DNA of 64,000 nt from a phage. Each line of letters starts with the position of its first letter. Position 1 is the first letter of the stretch. The position numbers and the translations under genes were made by a program. The notes below the pieces were generated by a model. The model made no database searches, had not been told where the DNA came from, and worked only from the letters and a program-made list of their open reading frames with translations. The stretch lies in sequence record OZ336095.1. One strand, given 5' to 3'. Shown here in pieces: positions 45,901 to 53,621 of the stretch.

Positions 45901-46970
45901 TTAACCAGCACCCAATCTTTTTAGGTGGTGAGAGAAAAACTTTTGACTCACTTAATAAACACTACCCAAAAATCTTTGAACTTTATAAACAACAAAAAGC
46001 ACAAGATTGGTCAGAAGATGAGTTCCCTTTTGAACAATCACGTCTTGATTTTGAGAGTGTACCAGCATCAATGTCAGGTGTAATGCTTGAGATTCTTAAG
46101 TGGCAGTGGGAAGCAGATACTCAAGTTGCTAAGAGCTTGGCATTTGCCTTTGCACCATTTATCTCTGATGACATCTATGCAACTGCAATTATGAAGCAGT
46201 CTGAGATTGAAAACCTACATGCTCTTACTTACTCAGAGATTGTAAGGCAATGTATTAAAAACCCTGAAACAATCTTAGATGAGATTAACCAGAATGTTGC
46301 TGTACAAGACCGATTAAAAACTGTGAATCGTGTTCTTGAAGAATTACTGGATGAAGGTATAAACTATCGTCTGAGTTATGTGCGTGATTCACTTCTGGAC
46401 AAAGACCCTTTACACTTCCATAAAGTGATTCTGAAAGGGCTATTTGCAGTGACTGCACTTGAAGGTATATCTTTTATGGCATCCTTTGCATGTACCTTTG
46501 CACTTGATGCTCAAGATAAATTTCAGGGTATTGCTCAAGCTGTCCAGAAAATTATGCTTGATGAAATCCTTCACACTAAAATTGATATTGAAGTTTTAAA
46601 AGAAACTTTAAGAGATGATGAGTGGCAGAAAGCTTTTCAACAAATTCTTCCAGAGATTAAAGTAATCTTAGATGAAGTAGTTGAAAGTGAAGAGAAATGG
46701 TCGTATTATATCTTCTCCGAAGGACGTGCTGTAGTTGGCTTAAATACAAAGCTTCTTCATGAGTGGGTTTACTATAATGCTGCCCCACTGTATGATATGT
46801 TTGGCATTCCCAGAGATTTTGTAGCTCCTAAAGAACCACCTTTGAAGTACATGATTAAGAAGATGGAAATTGATAAAGAGCAGAATGCTAATCAGGAGCA
46901 ACAGAATGGTGCGTACCTATTGAATACTGTTGTAGATGATTTGAATAGTGGATTTTTAGAGGTTCCTTAA
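45897..46970 (+). CDS. nrdB: ribonucleotide reductase class Ia small subunit
   Basis: ATG 45897 with AAAGGAG RBS; ferritin-like R2 features ('FAVTALEGISFMASFA', 'DEILHTK'). Confidence 0.85.
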   Translation: MINQHPIFLGGERKTFDSLNKHYPKIFELYKQQKAQDWSEDEFPFEQSRLDFESVPASMSGVMLEILKWQWEADTQVAKSLAFAFAPFISDDIYATAIMKQSEIENLHALTYSEIVRQCIKNPETILDEINQNVAVQDRLKTVNRVLEELLDEGINYRLSYVRDSLLDKDPLHFHKVILKGLFAVTALEGISFMASFACTFALDAQDKFQGIAQAVQKIMLDEILHTKIDIEVLKETLRDDEWQKAFQQILPEIKVILDEVVESEEKWSYYIFSEGRAVVGLNTKLLHEWVYYNAAPLYDMFGIPRDFVAPKEPPLKYMIKKMEIDKEQNANQEQQNGAYLLNTVVDDLNSGFLEVP

Positions 46971-47212
46971 TGACTTATGTAATTTACTCCAAAACTGGAT
47001 GCCCTCAATGTGAGACTGCAAAGAATTTTGCAAAAGCTCGTGGTATTGAACATGTTGTGAGAATGTTAGGGCAGGATTATGAGCTATCAGACCTGATGGA
47101 TATTGCACAGATGCCAGTTCGTCAGATGCCATTCATCATGAAAACTGATGGGCAAAACCTAAAGCCTGTTGGAACGCTACAGAATTTTATGGCAGAGGTG
47201 AATAATGCTTAA
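46970..47212 (+). CDS. glutaredoxin/thioredoxin-like protein
   Basis: 80 aa with 'YSKTGCPQCETAK' CxxC active site; immediately after nrdB. Confidence 0.6.
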   Translation: MTYVIYSKTGCPQCETAKNFAKARGIEHVVRMLGQDYELSDLMDIAQMPVRQMPFIMKTDGQNLKPVGTLQNFMAEVNNA

Positions 47213-47411
47213 ACGCCTTTGGGAAGGTTTGGTTGTTGATGCACCAGCTATTGTGATTGGTATGCTTATTGTTAACCTATTTACTGACTTTGAACAAGGT
47301 TCATTGTTTGGAGCTATGTTACTATGGGTTATCTTCGAAATATTAGAGATACAGTTAGGTATCACTGAAAAACTAAGAGAACTCTTTTCGAAGTTTTCTA
47401 AAAAGATTTAA
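47205..47411 (+). CDS. small membrane protein
   Basis: 68 aa with two hydrophobic segments. Confidence 0.3.
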   Translation: MLKRLWEGLVVDAPAIVIGMLIVNLFTDFEQGSLFGAMLLWVIFEILEIQLGITEKLRELFSKFSKKI

Positions 47412-47416
47412 AATGA

Positions 47417-47440
47417 AAGGGTCTCTTCGGAGACCTTTTT
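47417..47440 (+). terminator. intrinsic terminator (UUCG tetraloop type)
   Basis: GGTCTC ttcg GAGACC followed by TTTTT. Confidence 0.6.
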
Positions 47441-47459
47441 AGCATGTAAAGGGGCAATA

Positions 47460-49604
47460 ATGAACAAAGTACAGATTATTAAAAAGAACGGCTCACTTGA
47501 AGAACCTGATATCAAAAAAGTTTTAGCAGCAGTCACAAAGTCAGCTAACAGAGTTGGTTATAAAGAGCTTCCACCAGATGTTACTCAAGCTCTTGAGTCA
47601 GCATTTATGAGGATTCTGGTAAAGTCCACTAAGCAGAATAATTTGCTAATTTCTGTAAATGATATTCACAGTATTGTTGAGGGTGCTTTGGCAGAAGTCA
47701 ATCACGAGATTTATGAGTCTTACTCAACATATAGAAATTACCGTAAAGAAGTTGCTCAAAATTGGGATGAGCTTTACCAGAAGACCAAAGATACACTCTT
47801 CTTAGGTGACCGAGAAAACGCTAATTTTGACAGCAGTTTAATTTCTACAAAAGGTTCAATTATTCGTGGTTATCTGACTAAAGAAATCTTTAAACAGTAC
47901 CACTTAACACCAGAGGAACTTGAAGCCATTGAAAAAGGGTTTATCTATATCCATGATTTAAGAGACCTAATTTTTGGTGGTATCAACTGTTGCCTGTTTG
48001 ACATTGGTAAAGTCCTGAAAGGTGGCTTTGAAATGTCTGGCATCGAATATTGTGAACCGAAGTCTGTACTGTCAGCCTTACAGGTTATTGGTGATGTAGT
48101 TCTTTCAGCAACTGCACAGCAATTTGGTGGTTTTACTTTAGCAGAGATTGATAAGGTACTTGTACCGTATGCTAAGAAGTCTCTACGCTATCATGCTGAG
48201 AAAGCATCATCTTATGGTATTCCTAAAGAGCATTACCACAATTATGTAATGGAGCAGTTACAAATTGAACTGACTCAAGGTTTTCAGTCACTTGAGATGA
48301 AACTAAATACCGTGCCTTGTAGCCGTGGTGATTTTGCATTCACAACTTTGACATTCGGGTTACTTGAATCAGATATGTCCAATGAAGATAACCGACTGCA
48401 ATATATGATTGCAAGTACTCTCCTAGATGTTCGTATGAATGGTCAAGGTAAGAGCAAGAAACCTGTTGTATTCCCTAAACTGGTTTATATTTATGACCAG
48501 AAGAGACATAATGAGAATATCTGCCAAGGCCACCTGTACAGTAAAGCTATAGAGTGTTGCTCTAAAGCGATGTATCCAGATTTCTTAAGTGTGTCTGGTC
48601 ATGGTGCTGTAGCAGAAGCTTTTGAGCGTTCTGGCAAGGTAATTTCGCCGATGGGTTGTAGAGCCTTCTTATCTCCATATCTTAATGAGGATGGGGAAGA
48701 GTTCTACGTTGGTCGTGCTAACATTGGTGCTGTATCTTTGAACTTACCGATGATTTATCAGTACGCCAAAGAGAATGGTTTAGATTTCTGGAAAGAGCTT
48801 GATAAGTACCTAGAGATGATTCGCAGCTTCCACAAGAAACGCTACGAAATGATTGCTAATATGCCAGCAAGTTCTAACCCTCTCGCATTCACACAGGGTG
48901 GTCTATACAAAGGGAATAAGAAACCTACTGATAAGGTTGGCTGGGATATCGTGAAGTCCTTCACAGCTTCTTTTGGGGTTACTGCGCTTGATGAATTATC
49001 TGTTCTTGCTGAAGGTAAACGACTTCATGAAGTTGGAAGTTGCAGTTTTGCATACGATGTTCTGGAATACATCAACATGAAAACTGAAGAGTTTAAAAAT
49101 GAAGATGGTTTCTTATATGCAGTCTATGGCACTCCAGCAGAATCACTTTGTGGAACTCAGCTAAAACAGTTCAGAGATATGTTTGGAGTTATCAAAGGTG
49201 TTTCTGATAAGGAATACTTTACAAACAGCTTCCATATGAATGTTGCAGCAGACATCACACCATTTGAGAAGCAGGACTTAGAAGAACCTTTCTTCCATAT
49301 CTGTAGAGGTGGCAGAATCCAGTATGTAAGGGTAGCTAATCCAGAAAACTTATCAGCACTTAAGAGTTGTATTACAAGAGGGATGTTGAAAGGTTTCTAT
49401 CAGGGACTTAACTTTGACTTAGCAATCTGTGAACATTGTGGTAACAGACCAAAGGCTGATGTTGAAGAGTGTGAGGTTTGCCATTCACATGATATCTCTG
49501 TGATTAACAGGGTGTGTGGGTATCTTGGATGGACTAAGATTAAAGGTGAATCCCGAATGAACGATGCAAAAATCGCTGAGATTCGTGATAGAGTCTCTAT
49601 GTAA
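47460..49604 (+). CDS. nrdD: anaerobic ribonucleoside-triphosphate reductase (class III)
   Basis: 714 aa; C-terminal Zn-ribbon 'CEHCGNRPKADVEECEVC' and glycyl-radical-like 'RVCGYLG'. Confidence 0.85.
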   Translation: MNKVQIIKKNGSLEEPDIKKVLAAVTKSANRVGYKELPPDVTQALESAFMRILVKSTKQNNLLISVNDIHSIVEGALAEVNHEIYESYSTYRNYRKEVAQNWDELYQKTKDTLFLGDRENANFDSSLISTKGSIIRGYLTKEIFKQYHLTPEELEAIEKGFIYIHDLRDLIFGGINCCLFDIGKVLKGGFEMSGIEYCEPKSVLSALQVIGDVVLSATAQQFGGFTLAEIDKVLVPYAKKSLRYHAEKASSYGIPKEHYHNYVMEQLQIELTQGFQSLEMKLNTVPCSRGDFAFTTLTFGLLESDMSNEDNRLQYMIASTLLDVRMNGQGKSKKPVVFPKLVYIYDQKRHNENICQGHLYSKAIECCSKAMYPDFLSVSGHGAVAEAFERSGKVISPMGCRAFLSPYLNEDGEEFYVGRANIGAVSLNLPMIYQYAKENGLDFWKELDKYLEMIRSFHKKRYEMIANMPASSNPLAFTQGGLYKGNKKPTDKVGWDIVKSFTASFGVTALDELSVLAEGKRLHEVGSCSFAYDVLEYINMKTEEFKNEDGFLYAVYGTPAESLCGTQLKQFRDMFGVIKGVSDKEYFTNSFHMNVAADITPFEKQDLEEPFFHICRGGRIQYVRVANPENLSALKSCITRGMLKGFYQGLNFDLAICEHCGNRPKADVEECEVCHSHDISVINRVCGYLGWTKIKGESRMNDAKIAEIRDRVSM

Positions 49605-49613
49605 AAACTTGAC

Positions 49614-49653
49614 AAGGTGATGTAGGTCTTGATAGGCTTACATCACCTTTTTT
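49614..49653 (+). terminator. intrinsic terminator after nrdD
   Basis: 11-bp stem AAGGTGATGTA / TACATCACCTT followed by TTTTTT. Confidence 0.6.
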
Positions 49654-49759
49654 ATTGGATGTTAGATATGGCAGAGAGTATTATTGGGTTGTTCATAGGT
49701 TCTGTCTTACTAGGGTTCTTTTTAGGACTTTCTTATTGTGAATTGAAAGGTAAGTTAAA

Positions 49760-49960
49760 ATGTTTAAGATATCAAAAGCGTTGATATACATACTCCATAT
49801 TCTAGTCTTCTTCTTTGGGGTTAGTGTTATGGTATGGGGTTTTTCAGACCCACAATGGAGTTTCTCATATCATGGTCAGATGGATTTATGGTCATGCTTC
49901 AAACCATTTTTAGGGTTAGTCATAGCATTCAGTGCATTACCAACTAAGGTGAAATTATGA
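49760..49960 (+). CDS. small membrane protein
   Basis: 66 aa, strongly hydrophobic ('ILHILVFFFGVSVMVWGF'). Confidence 0.3.
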   Translation: MFKISKALIYILHILVFFFGVSVMVWGFSDPQWSFSYHGQMDLWSCFKPFLGLVIAFSALPTKVKL

Positions 49961-50352
49961 TTAAGTTGAACAAAAAACAGTTTGAGTGGATTAAAGATTA
50001 TGCCTCAGAGTGTGGCTCTTGTGAAAAGAATCACGTAAGGTACTCAACATTCCATACAGCCTTTACATTATATCTCAGCGAAAACGTTCTAGCTGATTCT
50101 GTAGAAGATGGTGTGTCATTACCTAATGAGTTACTTGATAAATTAGCTGTAGTTACTGGAACTTGGTCTGAAGAAGATGGTCATGAGTTATCTGATGATG
50201 TTGTCTTCTACAGTCTTGAAAACATTATGAATCCAGAGTATATTGCACTAATGACCTGTGCACAAGACTGTGTAATCTTGCAGGATTTCATCAAGAAACA
50301 CTGCGAAGAGTTTATTACTAAACAGGTTCCTTGTCAGGTGGTGTTTGAATGA
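49957..50352 (+). CDS. hypothetical protein
   Basis: 131-aa ORF, ATGA-coupled to upstream ORF. Confidence 0.35.
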   Translation: MIKLNKKQFEWIKDYASECGSCEKNHVRYSTFHTAFTLYLSENVLADSVEDGVSLPNELLDKLAVVTGTWSEEDGHELSDDVVFYSLENIMNPEYIALMTCAQDCVILQDFIKKHCEEFITKQVPCQVVFE

Positions 50353-50648
50353 GTAAAACAATTCGAAGAAAAGGTTTAAAGAACGTTCATGGACTCTACG
50401 AGTGGAGAAATGAGGTACGTAACAGAGAAAATGCTTCAGATGTCTACTTCCATTCTGATATGATGTCCAGAAAAGGTGGCTCTTACGACTTCACAAGCCA
50501 GCCTTGTAGAGAGATTAAGAAGGCCACTAAACGTCTTACAAGAACACAAATAAGGCAGCTTTCTAAGACATCCTTCTTAGATGAAGATTTTGATATTGAT
50601 AGCAAGTCTCCAAAGAAAGCCGCTAAGAACACTTATATGTATTGGTGA
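50349..50648 (+). CDS. hypothetical protein
   Basis: 99-aa ORF, ATGA-coupled. Confidence 0.35.
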   Translation: MSKTIRRKGLKNVHGLYEWRNEVRNRENASDVYFHSDMMSRKGGSYDFTSQPCREIKKATKRLTRTQIRQLSKTSFLDEDFDIDSKSPKKAAKNTYMYW

Positions 50649-50657
50649 GGTAACTAG

Positions 50658-51143
50658 ATGAATTACATGGAGATTCGACCATTTGACACAGCTAATGGTG
50701 AAGGGGTTCGTGTAAGCCTCTTCGTAGCTGGTTGTAAGCACCACTGTGAAGGTTGCTTTAATAAGGAATCTTGGAAGTTTAATGCTGGTAAAGAGTTCAC
50801 TTATGCAAACCTTTATGGCATCATTAAGTTAATGGATGATAATGCCATCAGTGGGCTGTCAATACTTGGTGGAGAACCTCTGGATGATAGAAACATTCAA
50901 GAGGTTACCAACATATGCAAACGTATTAAAACCGTTTACCCAGAAAAATCTATCTGGCTCTGGACAGGTTTTCAGTTACATGAAAAAATTCACCTTGATG
51001 TGATGAAATATGTTGACGTGGTGATTGATGGTAAGTATGATTCATCTAAACCAACAGTTAAACCATATCGTGGTTCTGATAACCAAAACCTCTGGAGAAA
51101 AGAGTATGGGTGGCAAGGTGATTGTCAGTGGAGAGCAGAGTGA
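50658..51143 (+). CDS. nrdG: anaerobic RNR activating enzyme (radical SAM)
   Basis: 'CKHHCEGC' CxxxCxxC cluster near N-terminus; 161 aa; downstream of nrdD. Confidence 0.75.
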   Translation: MNYMEIRPFDTANGEGVRVSLFVAGCKHHCEGCFNKESWKFNAGKEFTYANLYGIIKLMDDNAISGLSILGGEPLDDRNIQEVTNICKRIKTVYPEKSIWLWTGFQLHEKIHLDVMKYVDVVIDGKYDSSKPTVKPYRGSDNQNLWRKEYGWQGDCQWRAE

Positions 51144-51225
51144 TTATTCTGGCAAATGGACTAAGGTATAACTCCAATTGGTATCACTGAAGAAGAACTT
51201 CATAAGTTCTGTATTAAACTTTAAT

Positions 51226-51249
51226 GAGAGAGAGAGAGAGAGAGAGAGA
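51226..51249. repeat. (GA)12 dinucleotide microsatellite
   Basis: 24 nt of uninterrupted GAGAGA... ending 6 nt before ATG 51256. Confidence 0.9.
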
Positions 51250-51255
51250 CTAAAA

Positions 51256-51522
51256 ATGGGAATTTTAGGTAATATGAAAGCTGGATTCTTGAAGGCACTG
51301 GCAAAAGCAGCAGCAATTGTTTCTATGACTGGAAAGCAGGTCGGTGTAGATGCTTCAGCGGTTGCACAGGTTCTTACAAGCCAAATTGAACAGCAGCCTT
51401 ACATCTATGTAGGTCGTGGCAAAGGTGGTAAGAAACAAGCCCACCGTCCGTCTGGTGCAGCAGCTATTAAACGAGCAGCTAAGAAAGCTCGTAACCGTAA
51501 ACGTAATAAGAAGGCTAAATAA
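51256..51522 (+). CDS. small basic protein (Lys/Arg-rich C-terminus)
   Basis: ATG 51256 just after the GA tract (track ORF 51178 reads through the repeat as ERERERER); C-terminus 'KRAAKKARNRKRNKKAK'. Confidence 0.4.
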   Translation: MGILGNMKAGFLKALAKAAAIVSMTGKQVGVDASAVAQVLTSQIEQQPYIYVGRGKGGKKQAHRPSGAAAIKRAAKKARNRKRNKKAK

Positions 51523-51524
51523 TC

Positions 51525-51845
51525 ATGAGCAAAGTTTATAACACTCGTAAATTACAGATTTTCTTACTGTGCCAGTTTATGGCTAGAGAGCATAACTCCT
51601 ACTATTGTGGTACAGGATTCATTAGTGATAATGATGGCTCATATCTCCCATTCAAAGAGGCTGTAAAACTCTTCAATGAAGAGAAAAGCTCTGAGAAAGA
51701 TATTGAAAAGGTTAAATTAACCTATAGTAAGAAAGATAAGAAGATTATCTGCCTAGATAACTTTGTGAAAGTTACCAAAGAAACTAAAGAGTTAATGGAA
51801 GAAAGTGAAATTCCATTCACAAGAATCTTGAAAGTAGCTCAGTAA
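51525..51845 (+). CDS. hypothetical protein
   Basis: 106-aa ORF followed by terminator. Confidence 0.35.
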   Translation: MSKVYNTRKLQIFLLCQFMAREHNSYYCGTGFISDNDGSYLPFKEAVKLFNEEKSSEKDIEKVKLTYSKKDKKIICLDNFVKVTKETKELMEESEIPFTRILKVAQ

Positions 51846-51856
51846 GCAGATACTAT

Positions 51857-51887
51857 AAGGGAACTGTAAAGGTTCCCTTTTTATTTT
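51857..51887 (+). terminator. intrinsic terminator
   Basis: AAGGGAAC tgtaaag GTTCCCTT followed by TTTATTTTGG. Confidence 0.5.
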
Positions 51888-51896
51888 GGAGATAAT

Positions 51897-52412
51897 ATGT
51901 ATCTGTCAAATCTGAAACGTTCTGCTGCAATGTCAGTGTTAAGACTCAGTTTTGAGGAACGTCAAGAGTTCATTGACTCCCACCAATACGACCCTTCCAA
52001 CTCCAATCACATGATTCTCTGGAATCGTGAGAGTACTCGTGAAAGAGCATTATTTCGATATTACCCACACTATACCATAGACAACCTATATGAATGCTTT
52101 GTTGTGAAGAACACCATTACAGTACTCAATAAACTTTGCAGATACACAGGCAGTCAATCCTTCACATTAGGTCACCACAAACCTGTTACAAAAGGTGGTG
52201 AACATCACTGTGCAAACTGGTTTATCCAGACTAAACTTGATAACCAGAAGCAAGGGGATAGTCTTTTAAGTACCCCTAAGATGACCTACGAAGAGCAAGA
52301 GAAATATATCAAAAACAATATGCCAGATGTGCTTGACAACAACTATACAGATTTGGCAATATCTCTCCTGTTGAAGTTCGAGACAGTTTATAGGGCAACT
52401 TATAATGGCTAA
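51897..52412 (+). CDS. HNH-like endonuclease (putative)
   Basis: 'LGHHKPVTKGGEHHCANWFIQTKLDNQKQGD' resembles HNH core (His-His ... Asn ... Gln/His). Confidence 0.4.
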   Translation: MYLSNLKRSAAMSVLRLSFEERQEFIDSHQYDPSNSNHMILWNRESTRERALFRYYPHYTIDNLYECFVVKNTITVLNKLCRYTGSQSFTLGHHKPVTKGGEHHCANWFIQTKLDNQKQGDSLLSTPKMTYEEQEKYIKNNMPDVLDNNYTDLAISLLLKFETVYRATYNG

Positions 52413-52683
52413 AGAGAAGTGGGAGATTTTACCATTAGTCAGTGAAGGTGGTAATGGTTGTGAGATGTACATGATACGTGGTCATGTTCCAGAACCAATT
52501 GCACTTGAGATGGTAAACAACTTTACAGATGGCTCTTACAAAGACTTAGGAGAGCCAACTATAAAGCAGCAATGGGTAAAGCCTGTACCAGACAGCACAG
52601 GTAACTGTAGTGTACTTTATCACGTTGTAGACCCTGCAAAATGCAAATCTGCAATGGCAGTAACAAACGTAACTTTTGATTGA
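52405..52683 (+). CDS. hypothetical protein
   Basis: 92-aa ORF overlapping flanking genes. Confidence 0.3.
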   Translation: MAKEKWEILPLVSEGGNGCEMYMIRGHVPEPIALEMVNNFTDGSYKDLGEPTIKQQWVKPVPDSTGNCSVLYHVVDPAKCKSAMAVTNVTFD

Positions 52684-52694
52684 GAGAGAAAACT

Positions 52695-53576
52695 ATGAAA
52701 ACATCTATCCGTGTTACAGTTCATTCACCAACTAAAGGGACTCATGAAGAAGAGTTTAACATCGTCCAATTCCCTTCTGGTGAGATTGGTGGACACTTTT
52801 CGCCAGAGTTTGTTGATTTTACTGCTTATGCAGCATCATCTATCAACAATGTGATTATGATTGTAAAAGGTTATGATAAGGACACATTGTTTGCTGTGGC
52901 ACTTGCTAAAGAAGCAATTGATGATTTAGTACCTCATAAGTTTGCTATGAAGACTGCTATCTTTTACTATTTGCCAAATGCACGTTACGACCGTCACATG
53001 TTTAAAGGTGATGCAGCAGCTTTGAAAGTGTTTGCACAACAGGTTAATGCAATGGGTTTTGATGCAGTCTGTGCAGTTGACCCTCACAGCTATGTACCAG
53101 ATAACCTGTTTAACTGCTTCCAGAGTATTCCTCAAAAGGAAATTGCAGTCCACTATGCAAATGACCCACTGATTGATTACTTAGTAGCCCCAGATGCAGG
53201 TGCTGCTAAGAAGATTGCAGAGACTGCTAAAGAGGTGGATAAACCATACATCACAATGTCTAAAGTGCGTAACCTTAAGACTGGTGAAATTACTGGTATG
53301 CGAATCCTTGATGATGTTGATTTGACAGATAAAACCGTCATGATTCTGGATGATATCTGTGATGGTGGTCGAACCTTCATAGAAGCAGCGAAGCATCTTC
53401 GTGAAGCAGGTGCAAAACGTGTGGAACTTTATGTAACACATGGTATCTTCTCTAAAGATGTTGAAAACCTTCTTGACAATGGTATCGACCATATTTACAC
53501 TACAAACTCTTTAGGCGAAGCTAAAGACCGTGGCTTAACACATTACAGTCAAGTTACTGTAGCAAACCTTGATTGA
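52695..53576 (+). CDS. ribose-phosphate pyrophosphokinase-like (PRPP synthetase family)
   Basis: PRPP-binding-type motif 'VMILDDICDGGRTF'; ATG 52695 after GAGAGAGAA (track start 52680 is TTG); ~293 aa. Confidence 0.7.
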   Translation: MKTSIRVTVHSPTKGTHEEEFNIVQFPSGEIGGHFSPEFVDFTAYAASSINNVIMIVKGYDKDTLFAVALAKEAIDDLVPHKFAMKTAIFYYLPNARYDRHMFKGDAAALKVFAQQVNAMGFDAVCAVDPHSYVPDNLFNCFQSIPQKEIAVHYANDPLIDYLVAPDAGAAKKIAETAKEVDKPYITMSKVRNLKTGEITGMRILDDVDLTDKTVMILDDICDGGRTFIEAAKHLREAGAKRVELYVTHGIFSKDVENLLDNGIDHIYTTNSLGEAKDRGLTHYSQVTVANLD

Positions 53577-53585
53577 AAGTTTATA

Positions 53586-53606
53586 GGGGCTTAAAAGCCC
53601 CATTTT
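53586..53606 (+). terminator. weak hairpin terminator
   Basis: GGGGC ttaaaa GCCCC followed by ATTTTG. Confidence 0.35.
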
Positions 53607-53621
53607 GAGAGAGATTAAAAG

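Noticed and set aside
31576-49604. Introns or inteins interrupting DNA polymerase, nrdA, nrdB or nrdD
   Set aside because: Each of these genes reads as a single continuous ORF of the expected length with motifs in the expected order. The only nearby nuclease genes (GIY-YIG, HNH) are free-standing and intergenic.
49609-49637. TTGACA hexamer at 49609-49614 as a promoter
   Set aside because: It forms part of the 5' arm of the nrdD terminator hairpin and has no acceptable -10 at 16-18 nt (ATAGGC). Treated as coincidental, although the TTGACAAGG word recurs elsewhere.
51178-51255. Upstream extension of the small basic protein ORF through the GA repeat (ERERERER)
   Set aside because: Track start is a non-ATG codon far from any RBS. 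The ATG at 51256 directly follows the purine tract, which itself serves as the Shine-Dalgarno region.
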